Of a stretch of DNA of 64,000 bases, positions 26,262-39,600 are shown piece by piece (the stretch's first letter is position 1; each line of letters starts with the position of its first letter). The notes under the pieces are model-generated. The model was not told the DNA's origin. It saw only the letters and a program-made list of their open reading frames with translations, and searched no databases. Both the position numbers and the translations under genes were made by a program. Origin of the DNA: Vermamoeba vermiformis (taxonomy: Eukaryota); assembly GCA_045837725.1 (NCBI GenBank), contig JBEWZL010000212.1:1-64000 (forward strand), given 5' to 3'.

Positions 26262-29200
26262 TCAATCTATTTTTGCGCGCAAGAATTGACAAAGTTCTTC
26301 CATCGTCTGTTAAAAGAAAAGGTTTAAATTATTAATGATCCGTCATATTAAATACGCAGTTACAATGACTTACAGGACGATCTTTGGGCTCTGCTTTGAG
26401 ACACTTGTGGATCACTTCAACGAGTGCTGGATCTCCATCTGATGGTATTTCAGGTGTTGCTGCTTGATCACGAATCTTCACTGCAATGCTCAACTGATCT
26501 TCGTTGACATGTGGCTCTGTTCTTGAAATGATTTCGTTCACTGAAATGTAATTGTTAGGTCGTTGCGCGATACAAAAGTGTTAAAACAACGTACCAACGA
26601 TGCCGTAGGTCCAAACGTCTGATTTCACACTGTATGACCGATCGCGAAGACTTTCAGGAGCCTAGAGAAAGTTTAAAGATCAGCTATGCGAAGTACAGTA
26701 CTCGAACCATCTCTACGTACCATCCATCTAATAGGACCGAAGTTCGTCTTCGTGTGTCCTTTTGAGTTCTCTTCTTGAATGATGCGCGACATGCCAAAGT
26801 CACTGATCTTGGGTTGTTGATCGTTTGTCAGCTACGTGGAGAAACAAGGGTTAGGGTTTGGGTGGCACGGAAACCAAAGAATGACTTACGAGAATGTTTC
26901 GTGCAGCAAGATCACGATGAACAATGTTGTTGTTGTGAAGGTGAAGAAGACCATACGCAATCTTCATTGCAAACTCGCGTTGTTTGGCGACATCGAGCTT
27001 GCTATTGTCATCATAGAGCAACAGATCGAGACTTCCGCCGCCACAGTACTCGAGCACAATGCACGGATTGGGTCCATCGAGACTCACTCCAAAGGTCTGA
27101 ACGAGATTTGGATGTGGTGCGATACCACTGTGAAGCACAGCTGTTAGTCATACGAGGTACAATCGACTGTTCTACTTACAGTGTCAATTTGGCTTCAGCA
27201 AGAAATCCATCGACATCAGTGATTTGATTGTTCACTTTGATCGCCACTTTTGCTCCTCGCCATTCACTGTTTGTGACACGTGTCAGTTAATCATTGTAAT
27301 ATCACTAAGCGGTTTTACATACCCCAAGAAGACTTTGCCGTAGCTGCCAGCACCGATCTCTTTGATGAACACAAGACTCTTGTAAGGAATGTGCAATCGT
27401 TTGTCGATCTCTGGAAGTTCAATCGCTGCTGACGCAGTGGTGAAGCTGTCGTTGGTGACATTGCCCAGTGACGTGTAAGTGTTCTTGTTTGTGGTGTTGT
27501 TCGATGGCAGGTTCTGATACACACCAGGATCAGTCGTTTGCACGGACGGCGGAGGACTATCGATGTCTTTGACAGGGTTGTCGATGGTTTTCTCTTGCTT
27601 CTTTTTCTTGTTCCTTCGTCGCAGCAAGAACGCGAGAAGAAAGGCACCTGCACCAAGGACGGCCAATGGAACAGCGATGCCGACCCCAAGGGCCACTGCA
27701 TCGACACTTGGAGGTGTGCTGCCATCACTTTTGGGTCCTTCAACGTTCGAGGAGGGTGATTGTGAGCCAGGGTTAGTCGTTCCGTTGCCAGCTGGGCTGC
27801 TCGGAGAGTTCACTGGCGTGCTCGATGGTGAGATCTGAGGAGTGGATGGTGCGCTTGTTGGAGCGTTGGGAGAGCTTTGAGGGGACTTTTGAGGCGTATT
27901 TGAGGGTGTACTGACCGGCACAAAGTTCGGGGTGCTGACTGGCACAAAGCTGGGCGTGGTTGTGACTGGAGGAAGTGGTTCAGTGCAACTCGACGGAAAG
28001 CTCCAAGAAAACACATCCAAGAAAACACCACTTGAATTGGAGGTCAATATCGATGTTATTTTCTGCGTCGTAGCGATGCTAACATAGCCATAAGTGTTCG
28101 AGCCAGATGCGCTATTATACCCGATGTTGCTAAGTTGCTGGGTGTTTACATCCAGCAAGCTCAGGAAATAATTGCTCTGCGTGGCAATAACAACGGCTAG
28201 ATTGTTGCAATCTGCGAATGAAATAGCGGCCATAGTCGGAGTGAATGGCGTAGTAACAGGGGTAAAGACGCTTGGCGCGTTGCTAAAGACGCATCCGAAG
28301 CTCTGTTGCAGCTGTGAGCTTAGAATATCATATATAATTAAGTTTACTTACATCAGTAATTGCGCAAACTGCCCATATGTTCTCATCAAACACTGCGATC
28401 GAGATCGAGTTTGGATAGGTCGTCGAAAAGTCTCCTACTGGGATAGCAGATCCGCTAAAGATCTTTCCGATGAATAGATGGCTCGTGTCATTAATAACTG
28501 ACGCTACGAGCAAAGAGGTAGCTATAGTATATAATCGTCGATAATTAGCCTCATAACAAGGTCGAAAGTGTTCGAAGGAAAAATACCTGATAGCCTCCTC
28601 GTTTCAACACCGTCCTTGAAGTTAATAACAAACGGCGATATTTGAAAGCCCTTGCGAAGGACGACATTGTATCCGTTGTAGGATTCAAGATTCGATACTC
28701 CGATCGCGTCAAAGGTACCGTTTGTTGTAACATCAGCTTTGGAAGGTGATCCCGATATATACCATGTCGTAGCCTATTACCAAAACCGTTAATATTGATA
28801 AAAATAAAACTCCAACGGAAAAGTGACCAAATCCGAAAACTAAAAGAGGTCAATTGAATTGGTCCCAATAGTTTTTCACTTACATCCATGGCAACAACAT
28901 TGCAATCGGTCGTTCCGTCAACTACATCGATATCTGTGTAGGTTTTTGCTGGCGGCACGTTCAAAATTGGTTTGCTTGATGGAATGCTTGCCAATTCGTA
29001 ATTAAATCGCGTGTAATTAACCAATCCTGTAGATTGCAGCCAAATTGAACACAAGTCTATGCCGGGCGATGATGCGAACGACTCAATCCGCAACTTTTTT
29101 GGATTTGGATCGGACGACAGTGGCATACTGAACTCCACGGTGGGACTCGCTTCAATACTAAGCATTAATATATGAATAGTATCAATAAGTGCGGAATGAT

Positions 29201-29287
29201 CTTACCATTAACAACTGCAAGGCACGTTGCGATTAAGTCCAAAATCACTACGGAAGCCACCGCAATTAACGCTGTCCTTTTGTTCAT
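26262..29287 (-). CDS. Receptor tyrosine-kinase-like protein, tandem copy 2 (RK2)
   Basis: Same exon structure and motifs as RK1. Kinase exons and some introns are near-identical to RK1. Confidence 0.92.
27908..27955 (-). repeat. 24-bp tandem duplication (PSFVPVST/PNFVPVST) in RK2 stalk
   Basis: gtactgaccggcacaaagttcggg / gtgctgactggcacaaagctgggc. Confidence 0.75.
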
Positions 29288-29526
29288 TGAGCTGCAGTAG
29301 TGTCTCTCGTTTTAATTAAATAAACTCGAGAAACGTTTACGTTGCATTTTGTGTTTGCTAAAAATGACACTTGACACCGCTCAACTTCCCAAACGAAAAT
29401 TTCAAAGCAAAAACCTAATCTAAGAATCTACTTCCTATTAAATTTACTAAACTAAAGTGTTTGCCTACTAACCGAGCAACGTTTCTTGGGCTTGGCAATT
29501 TTTGAGAATTCCAACTTTTTTTTTAA

Positions 29527-32198
29527 TCAAATCTTCGATCGAATGAAATTACAAATGATTTCCATATTCTAAATAGGAACGGTTTAGCAAAGAGTAACTA
29601 AGAATAATTGAATGACGTACCGGTCGATCGTTCTGATCAAATTTGAGGCACATTTTGATAACTTCAACTAATAACGGATCTGCAGTTGCGGGAATGCTTG
29701 GCGTCCTGCCGTGATCGCGAATTTGAATAGCGACTTGAAACTGATCTGCATTGATGTGGGGCTCTTCGCGGGATATTATTTCGTTCACTAAATAAAAATT
29801 AGTTTTTGCTTCTATATTTGGAAATAGCTTCGAATCTCTGGAACGCAGAACAAACAACGTACCAACAATGCCGTAGGTCCAAACGTCTGATTTCGCACTG
29901 TATGAGCGATCACGAAGACTTTCAGGAGCCTATTCAAAGTTGAAAAAGGTAAGCGAAAGTTTGTCAAAAGCATCTCAACGTACCATCCATCGAATGGGAC
30001 CAAAACTCGTTTTCGTTTGACCTTTTGATCCTTCATCTTTGACAATGCGAGACATGCCAAAGTCACTGATCTTGGGTTGTTGGTCGATTGTCAGCTACGA
30101 GGAGGAACATGTCAGGTTTGAGTGGTACGTCGCGCAGTGACTTACGAGAATGTTTCGTGCAGCAAGATCACGATGAACGATGTTGTTGTTGTGAAGGTGA
30201 AGAAGACCGTAAGCGATCTTCATTGCAAACTCGCGTTGCTTTTCTACAGTTATCACATCTTCCACGTCGTACAACAGCTTGTCGAGACTTCCGCCACCAC
30301 AGTACTCGAGCACAATGCACGGATTGGGTCCATCGAGACTCACTCCAAAGGTCTGAACGAGGTTTGGATGTGGTGCGATACCACTGTAGAGGCAAATTAG
30401 TAAGTTTAACAGCGATTTAAGTATTCCGCTTACAGCGTTAGTTTGGCTTCAGCAAGGAATCCATCGACATCAGTGATTTGATTGTTCACTTTGATTGCCA
30501 CTTTTGCTCCTCGCCATTCACTGTTTGTGACACGTGTCAGTTCATCGTCCAAGGCAGTACAATGTGTTACTTACCCTGCGTAAACCTTCCGTAACTTCCT
30601 GCGCCAATCTCGTTGTTAAATATCAGATCTTTGTAGGGGATTTGAAGCCGCTTGTCAATGTCGGGCAATTCAATCTCAGATCTATGCTCCTCATCAAGGT
30701 CTTTGGCTGGGTTTTTAATGGAAGCACTGTCGTGACCCTTCTTTTTGCGTAGGAAGAATATCAACAGAAACACGCCGAGAGCAACGGCGGCTGTTGGAAC
30801 TGACACCCCGACAGCAACGGCGACAACGTCTACTGTTGGTGGCATGGTAGCTGCGACTTCAACTGGCTGATCGGCGTAGACCGGGACACTCTGTTGCGGA
30901 GGATCAGTTGGGAGTATTGTCACTGGTGTGAGTGTGAGTGGCTGTGAAGGTAAAGGCGGGTCAATTGGTGCCAATGGCTCGGAGCAGTTTGGAAACTCGG
31001 GATAGAAATAACTGTCTAAATACAATCCAGTCGAGTTCGACGCAAATACGAAGATGTAGTTATCATATGACGAGTGGTGCAGTGCTGTGACCGATGTATC
31101 CACGACCTCTTGGTAGAGGAGCGGCACATCCGTGTTGAACGAGTAGATCCCGATGAAATACGATTGGTCGTCATATGTCACAAGCGCTACTCTGTTGCAG
31201 TTCAACATCGATGCTGATATGAAGTTGGCGTAGGCATTGGACATCGACAAAATGCGCGTTGGATCGGCGCTGAAGATGCAAAACGTGCCCTGAAAAAATT
31301 ATTCCGTTAGTAATAAATTATTATTAATAATAACGTACTGATCGTCCGTAGCAAACTACCCAAGTAGTTTCGTTATATACACCAAGAGTAATGCTGTCAA
31401 TGAAACTCAAATTGTAGTGAACAACAATCGTTGCAGAATTTTTTTCAGTTAATGTTCCGATGATTAATGTATCGTTGCTTGATACCGCTGCAAAGAGTAC
31501 CGTAGTGTCTATTTAATTGGTCGTAAATACTTAATTTTTCCATAAAAGGAAATTCTGTTGAACGTATAAAAGATCTCCGTTGACATACCCGACAATCGTT
31601 TGGTGGCGAATACGTTAGTATAATTATAGCCCAATGAGCCTCCTGAGTAAGTCAGAGACGTATTTGGTTGCCATATTGTTGCGAGGAAATTTGAAGAGTT
31701 CAAGTGCGAAACACGAATTGAAGATGCATTCGTTGAACTGATTCCAAATTGCACGCCAATATCACCATAAATATTGTATTGATTTTCCTATAATTTATAG
31801 TCAGAAAAACTTCATCAAGAAATGACACGGATTTACCTTCATGGCAGCAATATAACACCCGCTACCTCCATCAACAACGTCCATATCTACAAAGCTCGTC
31901 GGATATGGTATTATATACGGAGTTGAAGTCATTCCTGTTGTGTTATATTTTCTGGCTTGGATGTAGCCATAAGAGGCTGTCATCCAGGCAACACAATTGT
32001 ACGTGAAGTTCCCATCGCCGTAAGCATATGACTCTATTTTAGACCATATATTTGCTGTTGTAGCGACTTGAAGTGTTCGTGTTCGCTCTACATCCAAGTG
32101 TCAGTTGGATGTGCAGGATCTGATTGCAACTTACGCAAGGAACTGCAGTACACTAGCGATGACAATATAGCGATTATTGTTAGTGCAGTTCGAATCAT
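29527..32198 (-). CDS. Receptor tyrosine-kinase-like protein, tandem copy 3 (RK3); apparent 1-nt frameshift in the Gly loop
   Basis: Same architecture as RK1/RK2. It reads GAGSYG-RFTQG where one extra A would give GAGSYGKVYAG in the same intron phase as the paralogs. Downstream kinase exons look intact. Confidence 0.85.
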
Positions 32199-32370
32199 GG
32201 TCAAGCATTCAATCCAACAATTAATTGAACACAGTTTACTGGGTGTACTGCTCGTGCATCTGTTTTTTTAGTTGTGGCTTTCGTTCATTCATGAATGAAT
32301 AAATTTTCCTGCAAATAGATTGCCTGTATTAGTACAAGTAATATACTATAGTCGATGGAGAAGCACCGTA

Positions 32371-32545
32371 CCTGAGAAAAGATTGCCGTTGTTGGTGTCG
32401 GGATCCGTCCATGATCCACCAGCTGGGACCTACCAGATAATATTCTTAGGAACTCGTGCAGCTTGTGTAATGCTTTGTTAAGGGCGTGTATGAGAGGCTG
32501 AATCTTTCACTGGCACCAGGTCAGAGGTGAGCAGAACCAGTTTCA
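32371..32545 (-). pseudogene. Possible decayed exon fragment
   Basis: GC-richer patch in an AT-rich spacer. Minus frame reads LVLLTSDLVPVKDSASHTRP*QSITQAARVPKNIIW*VPAGGSWTDPDTNNGNLFS and ends at a GTACGG donor-like site. Confidence 0.25.
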
Positions 32546-33090
32546 AGCTTTAAGTTCTCTACTGCTTTGAACGAAAGAATTTATCACATCACTATAATCA
32601 TGCGATGATTATAATAAGTTGTAGGTACTATGATCATTGGCACGATGGACAGACCGTCAAATCTGAAGTTTCGCTTTTTTTCCTAATCAAGCAGTGAATC
32701 GTACTTCAATGAAGACTGTATTTATTATTATTATACAATATGCACCTAGTTATTGAAATATTGAATTCGAAACTGTTCGATCCTCATACCGAAGATAGGC
32801 CAGGGAAAATCCAACAGCTTAATTACTCGCGCTTATTTCGTTCAATTTTTTGTTGAATTTTGAAATAAACGGTCATCCACTCGAATTTCAATATTACTAA
32901 CCACTGCAGTGCTTGTCAGTAGATGCTGCTAAAAATAAAAATTAATAATCAGCTTTGAAATAATATTTTATGGTGTAAATTTGAATATTCACGATTTTAA
33001 ATATTGGAATTTGGTGATAGTATTTGTTTGGATCGGCATCCAAGTATTAATTTAATGAATTATTCCAATATTCGGTTATTTAAACTTACA

Positions 33091-33466
33091 TTAATCGCGC
33101 TTTGATTCAGCACCAACGTGAGCAGGTGCCACTTTTTTGGGCAACAATTTATCAATTTCTACCGCTGAATCTGACTCGTCACTGACTGAACCAGATTCTT
33201 CGTCAGACTTCTCGCCTTTCAATTTTCTTTTCATGCGATCTCTTCGCTCGCAGTATCTAGCAACTACATACGACATTAATATGGAATATTTATGAGAAAG
33301 GCCCTTTTAAGAGCGGATTACATACTCCAGATGGCAATAAGAACTACAATAGCAACCAGAACTAATGCGATCGCAGAATACTTCACCACGGTAGGCCACA
33401 GATCCACTGGTGGCGGTGGTGGGGGCTTCCTTCCTCATCCCATTTGTGGTTGATAGTTTTGAATTC
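33091..33466 (-). CDS. Small single-pass membrane protein, 5' end unresolved
   Basis: Spliced frame PPPPPVDLWPTVVKYSAIALVLVAIVVLIAIW-IARYCERRDRMKRKLK.. with an acidic tail. The upstream frame joins only if the G5 run at 33421-33425 gains one base. Confidence 0.55.
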
Positions 33467-33678
33467 TAAAATTGAAATGAACGCGGTGATCTTTCAAAAC
33501 CTTTCACGAACTCACAATCAATGGTCTAAATTTAATATAAATGCATTCCTCCGTGGCCGACACGAGGATCAACCGTAAAAGATGCCAGTAGATCTTCAAT
33601 GCGCAGACAACGAGAATGATAATGACAAGAAATATAGTTGATTGTCGAGGACTATTTACATTTGTATTTACAATCATG

Positions 33679-36600
33679 TTACATGTCCATTGTGCTTTCG
33701 TTCAACTTTTTCTCGATCTGCTGCTCCGTGTCCTCCATCAACAAGTTTGTCAACTGATCTAATCGTTGATGTACGTGTTGATTATGTCGCTCAAGCATTG
33801 CGAGTCGATTCAATAGCTCGGTCATGACATTTTCTTGGTTCTCTTCTTTGTCTTTATCTTTTTCGAGCTCGAAACTTCGGCCCAGCGGGAACACGGTCAA
33901 AACCGAGTTAGGATTCTTCATCTGGGTAATACAACATTAGCTTGGGACCTACTAACTATATCTATAATACGAGCACATACCTTCTTATAGATCTCGCGTT
34001 CTAATTGCGACAACTGGTTCATCTCGCCGTTTGTTATTCGGTCTTTCAAATACATCACAAAGTACAAGTAATGTAATGGATTTTGTTCCGTTTCCAAATG
34101 TTTTTCGAACTCTAAATATCCATATTAACATTGCTCTTTCTAAAAAAATAAGCATAATCAATTTACCTCGACCTTTGTCTTGGAACACTTCTCGTTTCAG
34201 CGTGCAAATAAAACAGCTCTCGCGCATTTCTGTCTTCGCTTCTTTGTATTTTGATCGCATTTCTGCGAAGTGATCGACCAACACTGCTAACAACTATCGA
34301 TTCAAACGGTTAGATCCAGATCAAGAGTTGACAACAACAAAAGCGTACCGTGTTCGTCATGACAAGTGCAATCATAATATAGAACACAAATAAGAAGACG
34401 ATCCACGCGTATTTCATCGCGTCTAATGGTGGCGGAAGCAATGTGTAGATCAATGAACCTCCAGAAATAACACTATTTCCATATTAGTAAAGCCACGTGA
34501 CGCACCGCTCAACGACACTGCTTACCCAGCCCAAAGGTTCGTTAAAGTACATTGCAATACAGTCCCACAAGGAATACCGGATTCAGTGCTGTATTGGGCT
34601 TGGAAGACGTAGTACGATAAAATGGACAACAAATAGACACCAAACACCGCTAGCAGCAGCTACGGAAGAATTAATATGGTCCTTTGAAGCTATCGGCTGG
34701 TCAGTACGTACTGTGATGGCCCAAGAACTAACGCTGCTCTTAAAGGCTTTGAACACAAACACCAAGTGCTTGGAGCGGAACAGCAGTTGCGTCAGTTGAA
34801 AGCCAATGAAGTACGGGGACACGGCCACGCCCAAAATACCCGATGCAGCATACAATATGTGGTACCACACTCGCCCGTCCTTGAGCCAAAAGGCGACTGA
34901 TTGCATGTAGTATCGGAATTTTGAGACATGCAGCTTTTTCTCCGTGATCGTGTCCCACCGCACAAAGAGATAATTTTTGTTCTTGGGAAATTTCTTCGTC
35001 CATTCTTTCCTATTTAGGAAAACTCCATATTTCATGAAAAACGTGATCAACATCACCAACGAGAACGCCAGCGCTAAAAATAGCGTTAATTTCAGTTAGT
35101 CAAAACGGAGTTTGATGGACTTACCAAATATGGTAAGTATGGTAACAGAGTAGTTCAGCTGATCGTTGTCGAAGATTTCAGATTGGATCAATAGCATGAC
35201 GTTCAGAACGAACGCAATCGCGAAGGAAATGTTCCATGCAATCTTGTAGAAGAGCGAGACAATGTTGCCGTAGAACTTCAGCTTGCGTTCTTCAATCAAC
35301 AACCGTTCATGAATCCATTGAATGAACGTTTTGTGCCGCACTGGTGTTTTGGCCCTATTAAAAGACGATAATTAAATTGGTATTCCAAAGCAAACGAATA
35401 TTAATTATTTTACCAATCAACGTCTTGAGAGACCATGTAATCGTCTAATTTCTTCATCAATGACTTTTCCTTTTGTTTGATTGTTTTTTCCTTGTTTTTC
35501 TTGCTCAGGAACGGCTTGAACAAACTTGAAGGAATTTGGAAATAGATCTATTGCAAAGAATCGTCAAAAATTGGTCCTAAATACAGATTATGTAATATCT
35601 AGTACCTTATGCAAGGCTTTGTTATGCAGGACTTCGACGGACGCGAGCTTGTTTTTGGAGTTCTGTTCACAGGCCTGATAACTGTCCGTCAACTCTTTGT
35701 TCTGCAGTCGATGGCTCTCTGCGTAACTGTTCAGCTGTTGGATCAGTTTGAAGGCTAGAGTAGCCAAGTTATTTGACTTGGGCACGGATTTGGAAGATTT
35801 GTTTTTGAGCAAGGAGGTCATTTTGACGAATGCGTCAAAGTCCAGTAATTGAATGATACGGTTAATAACGAGCTTGTCCGCTCTGTCTGAAGAGGCCAAA
35901 AGGAATTCAATGACCGACAGCTGTCACGGTTGTTAGTACTTGCCAAAAATGGAAGTCAAAGTACGTACCTTAAGATCGATCATCTTGACCTTGTAGTCCA
36001 TAGTATTGTTACTTTCAATGCAGGGATTGTTCAATATGTTGTTAATGGGCTTAATAATAGCGGAGTTCATCATGGCCATCTGCAAGAATTCTAGAATATA
36101 CAATTATTATCAATTACATTTTTCGTACCTGACCCACAGGCGAGTCTTTGACAAATTCCGTTAGCGTTTTGAACATTTGAATAGCAAGCTCGATGTTAGC
36201 CTCGCCTAAAATAGTCTCGAATAACTTCAAGAACTGCACTGATTCCTTAATGAGCATGACTGAGGGATCTGAAATCTCGGTCTTCACGGGTGGCGAGTCT
36301 TGACTCAGAATTTGAAGAATACGGCATACATTATAGACCATCTGCCCTTTCTTCAATATTACCAAATTTGGATCTTCAATGATATTGTTGTCGGGTTCGG
36401 ACATTTTTTCACCCGGATCCATACTCGCACCAATACTTGCCCTAAAATACGAATATAAGCATCATTCATGGTAAATCCGTAAGTGCTTGGCGGCTATTAT
36501 ATGCGCGTTAACATAATACGCTATAAAAGACTTACCAAGCAAGAGTTGAGTGCGTGTTTTGCCACTGACCACCGTTGTCCCGCTGGTTTGCCACCATTCT

Positions 36601-39600
36601 ACGGTAACTCTTAATGGCATCGCGTGCGTAGACTAGCAAGCGACCGAGATCAAACAAAAGCTTTGTGCCTTCTACGCCTGAAGTCAATGCACCAATAATG
36701 TTTTCCTAATTGAAAGTTAGGTCGGGGAACCATGAAGCTTGGTCTATGTGTAACGTACTTTGGCTCTCTCGTTCGGCCTCGGGTACTCAGACTTGCCGTC
36801 CTCGAGGAGCATTAACAGTGTCTGCAGAGCAATGTCGACGAGGTTGATGTAGTCAGAGTCCAGGACACTTGCAATAGCGAGGGGAGCAGCGAGTGTTGAC
36901 AACTGGTCTTTGACTTTCAAGCCTCCGTCTCGGATGAAACCTTGAATGATCTTCATGCAGTGCACTTTCAAACGCAAATCAGTTGAAGTAGGGTCTTGGA
37001 TCTCGTCAATAACAATAGGCAAAATATCGATGGTGCCGAGCTGTTTCATGATTTCAATGGACTTTAGCAGCACGGAGTCCTTACTATACGAGGCATTAAT
37101 AATGTTACCGTGCTTAATGTGCTACTTACAGTTCTACCCAGATCGATGTATCAACTTGTTTTTCTTCGACTTCAACTTTTCTTGGGCTGCGCACGAAAAT
37201 GTTCTTGAAAAAGCTCGTTATCATTCTTCGACTTGACACTCGCTTGTCAAGTGGACGTTCAAAAGAATCGCGTCTCACGTCCGATTCCCGGATCGGACGC
37301 GGCGGCGGCGACTCCTTCATCAAGTCTCGTTTTTGCGGTGGTGGTGCAGTCTGTGCTATTTCAAGTAAGGCCTGCGCCAACAATCGCTGTTGAGGTGATG
37401 CCTTTTGCACGACAAAATGTCTGTTCAAGTACTGCTTGACGAACAACGAAGCGAAGCTACGTAATTCTGCCGAGGTCGTGATAGGATGCTTCAACATATT
37501 GAAGATGTGCTGTCATAATCAACATGAGTACGGTTATGAAAAGAGACATATTGTGTTGTGTTACGTACCTCCAATATGAACCAGAAGTTAGCGCTGTACT
37601 GAACAGAGAACACGGCAGGATGTGTCGTACTTTCAGTGTTGAAATAACTCTCAGCAATGAACAGCAACCAAGGCTCGAACGACTTGTTCTTGCGGATCAT
37701 GCGCACGCAGTACTCGACGGCAAAACTGAGCGGAATTAATCTTTGGTTGATCGTCTCGATGGCCGCTGCTCTGCCTTGTGCACAGAAAGCCAGCAGCAGA
37801 ATTATTCCGTCAGCCTTTTCTTGGTCTTCTGGTGCCAGCAACGGCATGTTGTCTTCAGCTTCACGATCCTTTTTTTCTTTGTTCTTGTTCTTTTTCTTCT
37901 CTTTTGGCTGCGTCGGATCCGAGTAAATTCCTTCTTTCATAATATCAGGATTGAGTTCCCTGTAAATAATTAGCATTCACTGAACATAATTTATCGCGCA
38001 AGATATTCCTTACGGTCGCTTATTCACGTATATATTAAGCTTCAATAAGATCTCTTTCGTTTCATCTTGCTTCAATAAGAAGTTATGAAGCAACAATTGA
38101 GTTCGCTTGAGCATTTTAACGTCAGGCTTGGTCAAGATCTACGAATAAAAAATGTCAATTAGCGGATCTTGATGATCATATATAATGTTAGCTTACGAAG
38201 AATAAGTCCATAAATGGTCGCCAATTCGCTGCGGTAAACATCTTTTTGACCAATGCCTCCACGTGACTTTCGCTGATCTGTTCCGACAACGTGATATTTC
38301 CACGGAAAATTTCAGCAGCAACACCAACGAGTTTTGACAACATAGTAGCATTGCCCTTGAGCACACTGATACCCATCAACAGATTGTCAAAGTTCTCGAA
38401 CATCAAGCGTTGATTCTTCTTGTTATATTTACAGAACTAATATGGCACGTGTCAGAAGTTAGTTAGTTACCGGGCCGAATAGACTTACTTTTCGAAGAAA
38501 TACGCAAGTAGCACTAAGAATGTTATGAATCAGCTCTGAGGTTGGGTCAATGCACATCAACGCGATGGATCTGCTGAACAACTTGTGAATCGCTGCGAAC
38601 AACTTTGTGTTTCGCGACAGAGTCTGCAAGGTGTACTTCTCGTCATATTCTAATAATAATGTAATTAGTTAACATATTAAGTTAACTTGCCGACGACGTA
38701 CCTGAGTACAACAAATTGACTTGATTGATCGTGTCAGCCAATCGTTGATCAAATTGAGGTGTCAACACTTCAATCTGCTTGATCAATCGCGTTATGTTTT
38801 CAAAGGCATCGATTTCCTCGGGTGTGACTAAGAACTGCATCTTTTGAATGTTGTGCAATAGGACTGCATGTTGACATCCAGATCGGATCACGTGATTGAC
38901 AATTTTGAACGCGCTGCCAATCACTTTTGTGTTCTCGGTGGATAGAAGCCTAATCAATGCTTGAGCGAACTCGTACTTGTCTGTTTGAGGCAACATTTCG
39001 GGTTGAAATTGACGGGACAAAGTGTACGCGACCTCGTGTTTCAGCTGACTAGCGGTCAGTCCTGCGGTAGCTTGGAATTCCAAAAAGAAGTTGTGGAAGA
39101 TAAGATTGGCGTTCAGATTGAGAAATCTCGGAATGAGTTTGATGATCTCCATTTTCAGTTCCTACAAACAGTCGTAAACTTTGGGTCAAACAATATTCAC
39201 GGTCATGGCCACGTACCATCAACGTCTTTTCCATGTCTTCAGGAAGCTCAATGTAATCACGACTATTGCCTAATTGTAAGGTGTTAGCTACGCCATCGAA
39301 AGTTAGGCCAGCTGTGTCTTACCAAAGTGACAATTGGTCGCGAGAATGTTTTGGAAAATCGGCATTAGAAAGTCTTCCTGGTCTTGCAGAAGACCAAAAG
39401 AATAACACTTTCGCGCCATTCTCATCATTTGCAGTGCGAATTTTAGCTTTCCTGGTAATTCGCGGTGCAAAATATTTTGAAGGTCAAACGTCGCAAAGTA
39501 GTTCACGATAAATGTCGGGAACGGCAACAGATCCTCGTGTACTGCTGGTTTATCGTTGAGCTTGCCGAGAGCTGTCATTCTAAACCACGTGCATTAGTAC

